Below are positions 22,758 through 32,938 of a stretch of DNA of 64,000 nt, in pieces. The translations under genes were made by a program, and so were the position numbers. The stretch comes from an uncultured Rhodospirillaceae bacterium. Lineage in GTDB: Bacteria; Pseudomonadota; Alphaproteobacteria; Rhodospirillales; UBA2165. The DNA lies in assembly GCA_964574215.1 (NCBI GenBank), contig CAZNLR010000025.1, positions 1,818 through 65,817 on the forward strand, in the 5' to 3' direction. The notes under the pieces were generated by a model that saw only the letters and a program-made list of their open reading frames with translations, was not told the origin of the DNA and made no database searches. Position 1 is the first letter of the stretch; every line of letters starts with the position of its first letter.

Positions 22758-25700
22758 ATGCAGCACGCCGATTTTGTTCATCTCAGGGTTCACACCGCCT
22801 ATTCGCTCCTGGAGGGTGCGCTCAAGGTTAAGAACCTGGTCACGCGGTGCGCTGATCTGAAAATGCCGGCCGTGGCTATGACCGATACGGGCAATCTGTT
22901 CGGCGCCCTTGAATTTTCCAAGGCGTGTGCGGACGCCGGGGTGCAGCCGATTATCGGATGCCAGCTTGGATTGACTCAATACCGGCATCAGGACGATGAG
23001 GATCAGGGGTTTAAAGGAACCGGTGGAGCATTGCATCAACCGGCCGATCAAATCGTCCTGTTGGCCCAAAGCGAGGTGGGCTACGGTAATCTCCTCAAGC
23101 TGGTCAGTAAATATCATCTCGATCCCGATGGCGGCGAAGAACCCCGTATCTCTTTAAATGATCTGGCGGCACACCATGAAGGGATAATTGCATTCACGGG
23201 AGGCCCTTCAGGGGGCGTCGGGCGATTACTCGGCGACGGGCAGGCGGGTACCGCCGAAGAACTGCTCCTCAAACTCAGGGATATGTTTCCCGACCGGCTT
23301 TATGTCGAAATTATGCGGCACAATCTCGATGCCGAAACCAAGATTGAGTCCCAACTGGTCGAACTTGCATACAAACACGATTTGCCCTTGATCGCCACCA
23401 ATGAATGCTTTTTCGATGGTGACGACATGTATGAGGCCCATGACGCGTTGATCTGTATCGCCGAAGGCGCCTATGTCAGCCAATCCGGCCGGCGGCGGCT
23501 AACCGTCAACCACCGTCTTAAATCACCGCAGGAAATGCGGGCGTTATTTGCCGACCTGCCTGAAGCTATCGACAATACCTTGGTGGTCGCCAAGCGCTGT
23601 GCCTTCATGGCCGAAACCCGTGACCCGTTGTTGCCGGCGGCGCCCCACGGGGCCGAGGACGATGACCGCAGCGATGCCGAGGTGCTGGCGGAATTGGCGG
23701 CGGCAGGGCTTGAAATGCGTATCGAAAATCAGGTCTGGTCTGACGACATGGACGGCGCGGCGAAGGAAGAGGCCGCCAAGCCATACCGGGAACGGCTCGA
23801 TTACGAGTTGGACGTTATCGAGGAAATGGGCTTTCCCGGCTACTTCCTCATCGTTGCCGACTTCATCAAATGGTCGAAGGACAAAAATATACCCGTGGGA
23901 CCGGGACGTGGCTCGGGTGCGGGCTCGGTGGTTGCCTGGGCGCTAACTATTACCGATCTCGATCCTTTGCGGTTCGGCCTGCTGTTCGAGCGTTTTCTTA
24001 ATCCGGAGCGGGTGTCCATGCCCGACTTCGACATCGATTTCTGCCAGGACCGGCGGGACGAGGTTATCCGCTACGTGCAGGATAAATACGGCCACGACCG
24101 GGTGGCGCAAATCATTACTTTTGGAACCTTGCAACCGAGGGCGGCCTTGCGTGACGTAGGACGAGTGCTGCAAATGCCCTATCCCCAGGTGGACCGCATC
24201 TGCAAGCTGGTGCCCAATAACCCGGCCCAACCGGTCACCTTGAAGGAGGCCATCGACGGAGAGCCGCAACTTCAACAGGAAATCGCCGAAGATACGACCG
24301 TGGCCAAGCTGGTGGAAATCGCCCAGAAACTGGAAGGTCTTTACCGCCATGCTTCCACCCACGCCGCCGGGGTGGTAATCGGTGACCGGCCATTGGAGGA
24401 ACTGATCCCCCTGTACCGCGACCCCCGATCCGATATGCCGGTGACCCAGTTCCCCATGAAATGGGCCGAAGCCGCCGGTTTAGTAAAGTTTGACTTTTTG
24501 GGTCTGAAAACTTTGACGGTGCTGTCGACGGCGCTCGAACATTTGGAACGCCGGGGTATTGAGGTCGATCTCAACAATCTGCCGTTCGACGACCAGCCCA
24601 CGTTCGATATGCTGGGTAAGGGCGACACCACCGGCGTGTTCCAGCTGGAAAGTTCGGGGATGCGGGATATCCTGCGCAATATGAAGCCGGACAGCTTCGA
24701 AGATATTATCGCTATCGTGGCTCTCTATCGCCCGGGTCCCATGGACAACATTCCCAGCTATATCCGGCGGAAACATGGAGATGAGGAGCCGGATTATCTT
24801 TATCCCAATCTGGAACCTATCCTGACCGAAACATACGGCATTATGATCTACCAGGAACAGGTCATGCAGATCGCCCAGGAACTGGCCGGTTATACCTTGG
24901 GCGGCGCCGATTTGTTGCGGCGCGCCATGGGTAAGAAAATCAAAGAAGAAATGGACGCCCAGCGTAAAAGCTTCGTCGAGGGGTCGGTGGCCAAAAGCGT
25001 GCCCGAAGCCAAAGCGTCCAGCATTTTCGATCAGGTGGCAAAGTTCGCCGGTTACGGCTTTAACAAATCCCACGCCGCGGCTTATGCCCTGGTAGCCTAC
25101 CAAACCGCCTATCTCAAAGCCAATTATCCGGTCGAGTTCATGGCCGCGTCCATGACCCTGGACATCCACAACACCGACAAGCTCTATACTTTCAAGCAGG
25201 AACTGGAACGGCTGGAAATTCCCTTGTTGCCGCCGGACATCAACAAATCTGATGTTTTGTTCGAGGTTGAAAATACGGCAGAGGGCGGTGCTGTCCGCTA
25301 TGCGCTGGCCGCCATCAAAAATGTCGGTGAGGGCGCCATGGCAGCGGTGGTCAAGGAACGGCAGGACAACGGTCCTTTCCAGGATATCCCCGATCTCGCT
25401 AACCGCTTGGACACCAAATCGATCAATAAGCGCCAGGTGGAAAATCTGATCCGGTCGGGCACTCTGGATCCGCTAAACGGCAACCGCAAACAGATGCATG
25501 ACGGTGTCGAAGCCATTATCCGCCATGCCGGCGCTGCTCAGCAGGAACGGGAAAGCGATCAAATAGGGCTCTTTGGCGCTGAAGAATCGGTGGTGTCCGG
25601 CATTACCCTTCCCGAAACATCCGATTGGCTTGAAACGGACCGCTTGAAGGAAGAGTTCGACGCCATCGGCTTCTATTTGTCGGCGCACCCGCTGGATTCC

Positions 25701-26267
25701 TATGCCAATATTTTGGAGCGGCTGAAAATTAAATCTTTTACCGATGTGGAAGCAGCCGGCGAGACCCAACCGGTCAAACTGGCTGGTATGGTGATCTCCA
25801 AAAAGGAACGGACATCGGCCAAAGGCAATAAATATGCCTTCGTTCAGTTGTCGGATTCGTCGGGCGCCTATGAGATTACGATTTTTCAAGAACTCCTGAC
25901 GGCGACGCGGGAAATCTTGGAAGCCGGCAACAAGGTGCTGATCAACGCCTCGGTGCAATTCGGCGATCAGGGGTTGAAGCTGTTGGCCAATCAAATCCGG
26001 TCGTTAGACGCGGTTACCGAAGATAGCAATGCCAATCTGAAAATTTATCTCGATGATCCGAGCCCTTTGGCGTCGGTCAAGGAGGTGTTGGAGCGCGAAA
26101 ACGGTGGCAATGGTAACGGCAACGGACGGGGCGAAGTTTTGCTGGTTTCCCGATTAGATATGAATACGGAAGTTGAAATAAAGTTGCCGGGCAAGTTCAA
26201 GGTATCTCCGCTATTAGCGCAGGCGATAAAAGCGGTACCCGGCGTTATCGAAGTGCGTGAAATTTAA
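22758..26267 (+). CDS. dnaE: DNA polymerase III alpha subunit
   Basis: [18 protein letters not shown] domain, [25 protein letters not shown]; no intein evident. Confidence 0.97.
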   Translation: MQHADFVHLRVHTAYSLLEGALKVKNLVTRCADLKMPAVAMTDTGNLFGALEFSKACADAGVQPIIGCQLGLTQYRHQDDEDQGFKGTGGALHQPADQIVLLAQSEVGYGNLLKLVSKYHLDPDGGEEPRISLNDLAAHHEGIIAFTGGPSGGVGRLLGDGQAGTAEELLLKLRDMFPDRLYVEIMRHNLDAETKIESQLVELAYKHDLPLIATNECFFDGDDMYEAHDALICIAEGAYVSQSGRRRLTVNHRLKSPQEMRALFADLPEAIDNTLVVAKRCAFMAETRDPLLPAAPHGAEDDDRSDAEVLAELAAAGLEMRIENQVWSDDMDGAAKEEAAKPYRERLDYELDVIEEMGFPGYFLIVADFIKWSKDKNIPVGPGRGSGAGSVVAWALTITDLDPLRFGLLFERFLNPERVSMPDFDIDFCQDRRDEVIRYVQDKYGHDRVAQIITFGTLQPRAALRDVGRVLQMPYPQVDRICKLVPNNPAQPVTLKEAIDGEPQLQQEIAEDTTVAKLVEIAQKLEGLYRHASTHAAGVVIGDRPLEELIPLYRDPRSDMPVTQFPMKWAEAAGLVKFDFLGLKTLTVLSTALEHLERRGIEVDLNNLPFDDQPTFDMLGKGDTTGVFQLESSGMRDILRNMKPDSFEDIIAIVALYRPGPMDNIPSYIRRKHGDEEPDYLYPNLEPILTETYGIMIYQEQVMQIAQELAGYTLGGADLLRRAMGKKIKEEMDAQRKSFVEGSVAKSVPEAKASSIFDQVAKFAGYGFNKSHAAAYALVAYQTAYLKANYPVEFMAASMTLDIHNTDKLYTFKQELERLEIPLLPPDINKSDVLFEVENTAEGGAVRYALAAIKNVGEGAMAAVVKERQDNGPFQDIPDLANRLDTKSINKRQVENLIRSGTLDPLNGNRKQMHDGVEAIIRHAGAAQQERESDQIGLFGAEESVVSGITLPETSDWLETDRLKEEFDAIGFYLSAHPLDSYANILERLKIKSFTDVEAAGETQPVKLAGMVISKKERTSAKGNKYAFVQLSDSSGAYEITIFQELLTATREILEAGNKVLINASVQFGDQGLKLLANQIRSLDAVTEDSNANLKIYLDDPSPLASVKEVLERENGGNGNGNGRGEVLLVSRLDMNTEVEIKLPGKFKVSPLLAQAIKAVPGVIEVREI

Positions 26268-26476
26268 CTTTGCTGTTCGCCAGACCTGGCTTCTTGAATT
26301 GACGGTCAGGGGTCCGAGCCGAAAGAACAGAATACACAGCAATCTCCGGTCAACGGCTTCAACAAATCTCCGCATCCTTCACATTCGTAGAAATGAATGC
26401 AGGCGTCGGTCGGCATTTTTTCCTCTTTTGCATGACCGCAATTTGGACAGGTCAGCGTCGACAGTATATTTACCAT
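26264..26476 (-). CDS. GDCCVxC domain (seleno)protein, 70 aa, in-frame TGA (probable Sec) at codon 57
   Basis: Manual translation MVNILSTLTCPNCGHAKEEKMPTDACIHFYECEGCGDLLKPLTGDCCVFCSFGSDP(TGA)[13 protein letters not shown]; GGGAGG RBS; not in ORF track. Confidence 0.85.
26276..26308 (-). promoter_or_regulatory. Candidate bacterial SECIS element
   Basis: mRNA UGA-CCGUCAAUUCAAGAA-GCCA-GGUC-UGGC-GAA: hairpin begins 15 nt after the UGA, apical AGGUCU. Confidence 0.7.
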
Positions 26477-26600
26477 TTTGGCCTCCCTTAGTTTTGACCG
26501 TGGCGCCGTAGTCTAGAAGTTGGGGCTTCTTATGTTTTTTCGCAATTTTATGACATTTTTCGACTGGTATCAAAATAACGGTAATTAGGGGATAAAACCC

Positions 26601-26629
26601 TTGCAATTGCAGCACTTTGGCTCTAAATA
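26601..26629 (+). promoter_or_regulatory. Sigma70-type promoter of rpsB-tsf
   Basis: TTGCAA-17 bp-TAAATA followed by GC-rich discriminator GGCGCCC. Confidence 0.6.
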
Positions 26630-26644
26630 GGCGCCCTTAACGCA

Positions 26645-26760
26645 ACTAAATCCACACGCAGGCTCTGCGGTCGCGGCGCAAATTCGCCGATGTATCGCTC
26701 CGGTGTTTTCAAACTTACGAAAATAACGTCTGCGGAGGAACAACCGGAGAAAGGAAAGAC
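26645..26760 (+). ncRNA. rpsB leader (S2 autoregulatory, t44/tff-like cis element)
   Basis: CCACACGCAGG...TCTGCGGAGG..AACC: complementary ends in the layout of the rpsB 5' UTR stem. Confidence 0.6.
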
Positions 26761-26761
26761 C

Positions 26762-27757
26762 ATGGCATTGCCTACCTTTACCATGCGCCAAATGCTTGAA
26801 GCTGGCGTTCATTTCGGACATGTAACGCGTCGTTGGAATCCCAAGATGGAACAGTACATCTTTGGCGTTCGGCAGCGCATTCACATCATCGATCTACAGC
26901 AAACCGTCCCCATGCTTTATCGGGCCATGCAGACCGTCAGCGACGTGGTCGCCGGCGGCGGCCGGGTATTGTGGGTCGGCACCAAGCGCCAGGCCAGTTC
27001 ACCCATTGCCGAAGCGGCTAAGAAATGCGGTCAATATTACGTCAATCACCGCTGGCTCGGCGGCATGATGACCAACTGGAAAACCATTTCGAATTCCATT
27101 CGTCGTCTCCACTCCCTGGATGAGCAACTGGCGGAGGAAAATTCCGGCCTGACCAAGAAAGAACTGCTCAAATTGACCCGCGAGCGGGACAAGTTGGAGC
27201 GGGCTCTCGGCGGGATCAAAGATATGGGCGGTCAACCGGACATCATCTTCGTTATTGATACCAACAAGGAAAGCATCGCCGTCGCCGAGGCCAATAAATT
27301 GGGCATTCCCGTTGTCGGCGTGATCGACAGTAATTCCGATCCGAGTGGCATCGATTTCCCCATTCCCGGCAATGACGATTCAATTCGGGCCATCAATTTT
27401 TATTGCGATTTGATTGCCGGCTCCGTTTTGGCGGGCATTCAGACCGAAATGGCGACGTCCGGTACGGATATCGGCGCCATGGAGGAAGCTCCTGCCGAAG
27501 AATTGCCTACAGAAGAAGGTACCAGTTCAGAAGCTGCCGGTGCGGAAGCTGCTAGTGCGGATACTGCCAGTGCGGAAACTGCCGGTGAAGAGGCTCCCAC
27601 TGGAAAGGCTCCGGCCGAGGTCGCCAAAGCGGAAGACGTAGCTGCGGATGCCGCGGTAGCGGATGCGCCGGCGGAACCTGCAGAAGCTGAGGCGACTCCC
27701 GAGCAACCGGTGGAAGAAGCGGCGCCTGCTGAGGAAGAACAGCCAGCAGCAACTTAA
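26762..27757 (+). CDS. rpsB: 30S ribosomal protein S2 with long acidic Ala/Glu/Pro tail
   Basis: [26 protein letters not shown]; ATG at 26762 after AAGGA. Confidence 0.96.
   Translation: MALPTFTMRQMLEAGVHFGHVTRRWNPKMEQYIFGVRQRIHIIDLQQTVPMLYRAMQTVSDVVAGGGRVLWVGTKRQASSPIAEAAKKCGQYYVNHRWLGGMMTNWKTISNSIRRLHSLDEQLAEENSGLTKKELLKLTRERDKLERALGGIKDMGGQPDIIFVIDTNKESIAVAEANKLGIPVVGVIDSNSDPSGIDFPIPGNDDSIRAINFYCDLIAGSVLAGIQTEMATSGTDIGAMEEAPAEELPTEEGTSSEAAGAEAASADTASAETAGEEAPTGKAPAEVAKAEDVAADAAVADAPAEPAEAEATPEQPVEEAAPAEEEQPAAT
27515..27589 (+). repeat. Five degenerate 15-bp tandem repeats in the rpsB tail
   Basis: gaaggtaccagttca/gaagctgccggtgcg/gaagctgctagtgcg/gatactgccagtgcg/gaaactgccggtgaa. Confidence 0.75.
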
Positions 27758-27833
27758 AAAAACGTATTTAGCATTGGTATAATTATTTAGTTATATCAAT
27801 TATTTATTTAGCTTATCTAATGTAGAGGATAAA

Positions 27834-28763
27834 ATGGCTGAAATTACTGCTGCGCTCGTTAAAGAGCTGCGTGAGAAAACCGGTGCCGGTATGATGGACT
27901 GCAAAAAGGCGCTGACTGAAAATGACGGTGACCTAGAAGTGTCGGTCGACTGGCTTCGCACCCAAGGCTTGGCTGCGGCGGCTAAAAAAGCCGGACGAGC
28001 TGCCTCGGAAGGTTTGGTCGCGGTAAAATCAAACGGCACGAAAGGTGTCTTGGTTGAACTCAACGCCGAAACGGATTTCGTCGCCCGTAATGACAGTTTC
28101 CAGGATTTTGTCGAAGCTATTGCCACTATCGCAATAGATGGTGATGGCGATGTGGAAAATCTAAAAACTGCTGATTTTCCCGGCGGTGACGGCAATGTCG
28201 GCGATGAATTGACCACCATGATCTCGACCATCGGCGAGAATATGGATTTGCGCCGGAGCGCTATGATCGAAGTGAGTGAGGGCGTGGTGTCCACCTATAT
28301 GCATAATGCAGCCAAGCCCGGTCTCGGTAAAATCGGTGTGCTGGTTGCCCTTGAATCGAGCGGTGACAAGGATCAATTGGACGCCCTGGGCAGGCAAATG
28401 GCCATGCATGTCGCGGCAGCGAATCCGCAGTCCCTGACCCGCGACGACGTCGACCCCGAATTGTTGTCCCGTGAAAAAAATATTCTTGCCGAACAAGCGC
28501 GGGAATCCGGCAAGCCGGAGGAAATCATCGAAAAGATGGTGGAAGGTCGCCTGCGGAAATATTTTGAGGAAATCTGCCTGGTTGATCAGACCTTTGTTAT
28601 CGACGGTGAAACCAAAGTTGGTAAAGTGCTGGAAGGCGCCGCTAACGACGTCGGCGCCCCAGTTTCCATAACCGGTTTTGTGCGATTCGCTCTCGGTGAA
28701 GGGGTCGAAAAGGAAGAAGAGGACTTCGCGGCGGAAGTTGCAGCCGTCGCCGGCGGTTCCTAA
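27834..28763 (+). CDS. tsf: Elongation factor Ts
   Basis: [27 protein letters not shown]. Confidence 0.97.
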   Translation: MAEITAALVKELREKTGAGMMDCKKALTENDGDLEVSVDWLRTQGLAAAAKKAGRAASEGLVAVKSNGTKGVLVELNAETDFVARNDSFQDFVEAIATIAIDGDGDVENLKTADFPGGDGNVGDELTTMISTIGENMDLRRSAMIEVSEGVVSTYMHNAAKPGLGKIGVLVALESSGDKDQLDALGRQMAMHVAAANPQSLTRDDVDPELLSREKNILAEQARESGKPEEIIEKMVEGRLRKYFEEICLVDQTFVIDGETKVGKVLEGAANDVGAPVSITGFVRFALGEGVEKEEEDFAAEVAAVAGGS

Positions 28764-28785
28764 CCGCTAAACGTCTTGAAATTAC

Positions 28786-28832
28786 GGGGAAAAACGGGGA
28801 ATAGCTCAAAAACCCTGTTTTTCCTCATTTTT
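28786..28832 (+). terminator. Possible terminator hairpin after tsf
   Basis: GGGGAAAAACGGGG...CCCTGTTTTTCCTC followed by T-rich sequence. Confidence 0.4.
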
Positions 28833-28950
28833 CCTACTTTCCTAGTTATTTGATGGTGTATGATCTGCGGCAAAATTAAGTGGCGGAGACGATTTGTTGC
28901 GCCAATACGATGTCCGCTAAGAAATTATAATCAAAGGATAATAAACTCCT

Positions 28951-29667
28951 ATGTCCGAGTCGCCTCAATATAAACGCGTCCTTTTGAAACTTTCCGGCGA
29001 AGGCCTCATGGGGGATCAGGAATTTGGCCTTGAGCCCAAAGCCATGGACAGAATTGCTAAAGAAATCAAGGCCGTACGTGAGATGGGCGTGGAAATATGT
29101 CTGGTTATCGGAGGTGGCAACATTTTTCGCGGTTTATCTGGGGTGGCCGCCGGTTTGGAGCGGTCCAGCGCCGATCACATGGGGATGCTGGCGACGGTGA
29201 TGAACGCATTGGGTGTACAGTCGGTATTAGAAGGCATGGGGGTCGCAACGCGGGTACTGTCCGCCATTCCGATGACCACGGTCTGCGAGCCCTATATCCG
29301 GCGGCGGGCGATGCGGCATATGGAGAAAGGCCGGGTCGTAATATTCGCTGCCGGCACCGGTAATCCTTTTTTCACCACGGACACCGCAGCGGCGCTGAGA
29401 GCTTCGGAAATGAATTGTGACGCCTTGTTGAAAGGAACTCAGGTCGACGGTGTTTACAGCGCCGATCCTAAAAGGGTTGCAGATGCAGAAAGGTACGATA
29501 CCTTATCCTACAAAGATGTTTTGGCCAGAGATTTAAAAGTTATGGATGCCTCGGCAATTTCACTGGCCCGGGAAAATAACATCCCAATTGTCGTTTTCTC
29601 GATCCAAACGGCAGGCGCTTTTGCCGAAGTCGTCAACGGACAGGGTAAATTCACGGTTATCAACTGA
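28951..29667 (+). CDS. pyrH: UMP kinase
   Basis: [27 protein letters not shown]. Confidence 0.97.
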   Translation: MSESPQYKRVLLKLSGEGLMGDQEFGLEPKAMDRIAKEIKAVREMGVEICLVIGGGNIFRGLSGVAAGLERSSADHMGMLATVMNALGVQSVLEGMGVATRVLSAIPMTTVCEPYIRRRAMRHMEKGRVVIFAAGTGNPFFTTDTAAALRASEMNCDALLKGTQVDGVYSADPKRVADAERYDTLSYKDVLARDLKVMDASAISLARENNIPIVVFSIQTAGAFAEVVNGQGKFTVIN

Positions 29668-29681
29668 GGGGAGGAGAACTG

Positions 29682-30242
29682 ATGGATATCGAAGCAGCAA
29701 AAAAAGACATTAAACGCCGGATGGAAGGGGCGTTAGAAGTTTTGCACTCGGAGTTTTCCGGGTTGAGGACGGGCCGTGCTTCGACCAGCTTACTCGATCA
29801 TATATCAGTCGAGGCCTATGGACAGCCGACCCCGTTGAATCAGGTTGGTACAGTGGGCGTGCCCGAACCCCGTTTGTTGACAGTTCAAGTTTGGGATAAA
29901 AGTTTGGTTTCGGTGGTGGAAAAAGCCATTCGCGATTCAGATCTTGGTCTTAACCCATCATCAGATGGTCAGTTGGTGCGCATTCCCATTCCGCCTCTGA
30001 GCGAAGAACGGCGTGTGGAATTGAGCAAAATCGCCGGCCGTTATGCCGAAGAGGCGAAGGTTGCCGTACGCAATGTCCGCCGTCACGCCATGGACGATCT
30101 GAAAAAGGCGGAAAAAGACGGCGATATATCTCAGGACGAACATCGCGACTACGATGGTGAAGTCCAGGAACTGACCGACGATTACGTTAAAAAAATGGAC
30201 GATGCCTTACACAATAAAGAACAGGAAATTATGCAGGTTTAG
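29682..30242 (+). CDS. frr: Ribosome recycling factor
   Basis: [23 protein letters not shown]. Confidence 0.97.
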   Translation: MDIEAAKKDIKRRMEGALEVLHSEFSGLRTGRASTSLLDHISVEAYGQPTPLNQVGTVGVPEPRLLTVQVWDKSLVSVVEKAIRDSDLGLNPSSDGQLVRIPIPPLSEERRVELSKIAGRYAEEAKVAVRNVRRHAMDDLKKAEKDGDISQDEHRDYDGEVQELTDDYVKKMDDALHNKEQEIMQV

Positions 30243-30263
30243 TACCCTGGCAATTACGATGCA

Positions 30264-31001
30264 ATGAAAGCTGAACCGTCACAGGATCAAGTATTCGGCG
30301 ACCCGCCCATCCACTTGGCGATTATTATGGATGGCAATGGGCGATGGGCAAAAGCGCGCGGTTTACCAAGAATTGCCGGGCACCGTCGAGGCGCGGATTC
30401 CGTACGCACGGCAGTCGAATGCTCGATCAAATATGGCGTTCGCTACTTAACGCTTTACAGTTTTTCTTCCGAAAACTGGAAACGGCCAGCCGAAGAGGTT
30501 GCCGATTTGATGGGATTGTTGAGGCGGTATCTGCGTAGCAAAATTGCCGAACTGCATCAAAATGGCGTTCGATTACGGATCATCGGCCAGCGCAAAGATC
30601 TGAGCAAAGATATCATCGAATTAATCGAAGACTGCGAAAAAAGAACGGAAAACAATACCAAATTGGATTTGATAATCGCTTTAAGCTATGGCGGGCGTTC
30701 GGAAATTACGGCTGCGGCGAGGGAAATAGCCCAAAAAGTATCGAATGGTCAAATTGAACCGGACGACGTTAGCGAACAGATGATCGAGGATCATCTTGAT
30801 ACGGCCGGCATTCCCGATCCGGATTTATTGGTTCGAACAAGTGGTGAAAAAAGAATCAGCAATTTTCTTCTTTGGCAATTGGCCTACGCGGAATTCGTTT
30901 TCACAGATACTCTCTGGCCCGATTTTGGTGAACAAGATTATTTGGAGGCTATATCTGAATTCGGTCGGCGAGAAAGACGTTTTGGCGCATCAGGCGTTTG
31001 A
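30264..31001 (+). CDS. uppS: Undecaprenyl diphosphate synthase
   Basis: IIMDGNGRWA, FSSENWKRP, RTSGEKRISNFLLWQ. Confidence 0.96.
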   Translation: MKAEPSQDQVFGDPPIHLAIIMDGNGRWAKARGLPRIAGHRRGADSVRTAVECSIKYGVRYLTLYSFSSENWKRPAEEVADLMGLLRRYLRSKIAELHQNGVRLRIIGQRKDLSKDIIELIEDCEKRTENNTKLDLIIALSYGGRSEITAAAREIAQKVSNGQIEPDDVSEQMIEDHLDTAGIPDPDLLVRTSGEKRISNFLLWQLAYAEFVFTDTLWPDFGEQDYLEAISEFGRRERRFGASGV

Positions 31002-31015
31002 AAATTATTTAGCGA

Positions 31016-31681
31016 ATGATCGTACGACTAATTTCCACCCTAGTGTTAGCACCGATCACTTTGGGCGTTATATGGTTGGGGGGTGTATATTTTCAGATAT
31101 TTGTCGCGCTGGGGGGCTTGCTTGCCATTTGGGAATGGTGGCAAATGTGCGCTTCAGAGCAGAAAAAAGCGCGGAATCTAATTTGGATTCTGGCTGGCAG
31201 CGTCTACATCGCCGTACCCTGTCTATTCCTGATTTGGCTGCGCAACGATCAGGATAATGGTAGAATTTTTATTATTTGGTTTTTCTGTGTAATTTGGGCG
31301 ACCGATATAGGCGCTTACGTATTCGGAAAGGCCATCGGCGGTATTAAACTCGCGCCGAGGATAAGCCCCAATAAAACCTGGGCAGGATTTATCGGCGGAT
31401 TGATGTCGGCCATGGTGATAGCATGGGCGCTCACTGCTTGGCATGGTAGTGCGATAGCACCCCAGGTTTTAATCGCGTTGAGCGCGCTTTTGTCGTTGAC
31501 GGGTCAAATTGGTGATTTAATAGAATCCTGGGTCAAAAGATATTTCGACGTCAAAGATTCAGGAAAAATAATACCGGGTCATGGTGGCATTCTCGATAGG
31601 GTAGATGCTATTCTTCTAGCGGTCCCGGTTGCGGCGATTATTGGAATGACATACGGAATTGGTAATTTTCCATGGAAATGA
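31016..31681 (+). CDS. cdsA: Phosphatidate cytidylyltransferase
   Basis: ISPNKTWAG, KDSGKIIPGHGGILDRVD. Confidence 0.95.
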   Translation: MIVRLISTLVLAPITLGVIWLGGVYFQIFVALGGLLAIWEWWQMCASEQKKARNLIWILAGSVYIAVPCLFLIWLRNDQDNGRIFIIWFFCVIWATDIGAYVFGKAIGGIKLAPRISPNKTWAGFIGGLMSAMVIAWALTAWHGSAIAPQVLIALSALLSLTGQIGDLIESWVKRYFDVKDSGKIIPGHGGILDRVDAILLAVPVAAIIGMTYGIGNFPWK

Positions 31682-32886
31682 CGGCCCCTAAGTTACATGT
31701 CGATTCGGCTGATAAACCTAAGCAGGTTACTGTTCTGGGGGCGACGGGATCAATCGGATGCAATACGCTTGATCTTATTGAAAGAAATAAGACAGAATTT
31801 TCAGTTGTGGCCCTTACCGGCAACAAAAATGTCGAATTGCTGGCCGCTCAAGCAAGAAAATTCCTGCCGGAAATTGCTGTCATCGCCGATGAAAGCGGAT
31901 ATGAAGAACTAAAAACTCGGTTGGATGGCACGGACATAAAAGTTGCTGCTGGAGCCGAAGCTTTGGTTGAAGCCGCAGACCTGCCGTCGGATATCGTCAT
32001 GGCCGGTATTGTCGGCGTCGCTGGGCTGGCTCCGACCTTGGCAGCTGCCCGGCGTGGCGCTGTGGTTGCATTGGCGAACAAGGAGTGTCTTGTTTGCGCC
32101 GGCGACCAACTTCTCCAACAGGTGGAACAAAACGGCGCTAAACTTTTACCGGTGGATTCGGAACATAATGCCATCTTCCAAGTATTTGATTTTGATCAGA
32201 GCGAAAATGTAGACCGGCTGATCCTTACGGCTTCCGGCGGTCCCTTCTGGGAATACAGTCTGGAAGACATGAAAAAAGTAACGCCGAAAGAGGCCGTTGC
32301 CCACCCGAATTGGGATATGGGCGCTAAAATTTCCGTCGATTCAGCCACCATGATGAATAAAGGACTGGAATTAATCGAGGCCTACTATTTATTTCCGGTG
32401 AGAGAGGATCAAATTGAAATTCTCGTGCATCCCCAGTCTGTCGTGCACAGCTTAGTGTCCTATGTGGATGGTTCGGTACTGGCGCAAATGGGGACGCCGG
32501 ATATGCGGACACCCATTTCCTATGCTTTGGCCTGGCCGCAGAGAATGAAGACGCCGGCGGAGCGGTTAGAACTGGAAAAAATATCGAATCTGGTGTTTGA
32601 ATCCCCCGACTACGTTAGATTTCCGGCGTTGACGATTGCGCGAGATGCCTTGAAAGCCGGTGGCGCCGCGCCTATTATATTAAATGCGGTAAATGAAATT
32701 GCAGTAAGATTTTTTCTCGAGGAAAAGATCGGTTTTCTGGATATTGCCAAAGCTACCGAACAGGTGCTGGAAAAAATGCTGCGAAACTCCCCTCAAAATC
32801 CCCCGGCGACGATTGAGGAGATTGGGGAAATAGACTATCAGGCGAGGATCGAAGCCGAAGCGACCGCGCGGTCTCTTTCGGAATGA
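31672..32886 (+). CDS. dxr: 1-deoxy-D-xylulose 5-phosphate reductoisomerase
   Basis: GATGSIG, LANKE, PVDSEH, HPNWDMGAKIS. Confidence 0.97.
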   Translation: MEMTAPKLHVDSADKPKQVTVLGATGSIGCNTLDLIERNKTEFSVVALTGNKNVELLAAQARKFLPEIAVIADESGYEELKTRLDGTDIKVAAGAEALVEAADLPSDIVMAGIVGVAGLAPTLAAARRGAVVALANKECLVCAGDQLLQQVEQNGAKLLPVDSEHNAIFQVFDFDQSENVDRLILTASGGPFWEYSLEDMKKVTPKEAVAHPNWDMGAKISVDSATMMNKGLELIEAYYLFPVREDQIEILVHPQSVVHSLVSYVDGSVLAQMGTPDMRTPISYALAWPQRMKTPAERLELEKISNLVFESPDYVRFPALTIARDALKAGGAAPIILNAVNEIAVRFFLEEKIGFLDIAKATEQVLEKMLRNSPQNPPATIEEIGEIDYQARIEAEATARSLSE

Positions 32887-32938
32887 TGACGTACTAAAAA
32901 CAATAACAAGTAAACAGTCGAAATAACGGATTTTATCA

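Noticed and set aside
26306-26476. GDCCVxC gene as a pseudogene or a 56-aa protein
   Set aside because: Less likely because consensus-like residues continue after the TGA and a SECIS-like hairpin follows. Not fully excluded without seeing sel genes.
26257-26615. Track ORFs 26257..26511 (+) and 26379..26615 (-)
   Set aside because: No recognisable motifs or RBS; they are alternative frames over the GDCCVxC gene.
26690-26761. N-terminal extension of S2 in the ORF track
   Set aside because: It overlaps the leader RNA; the RBS and homology indicate ATG 26762.
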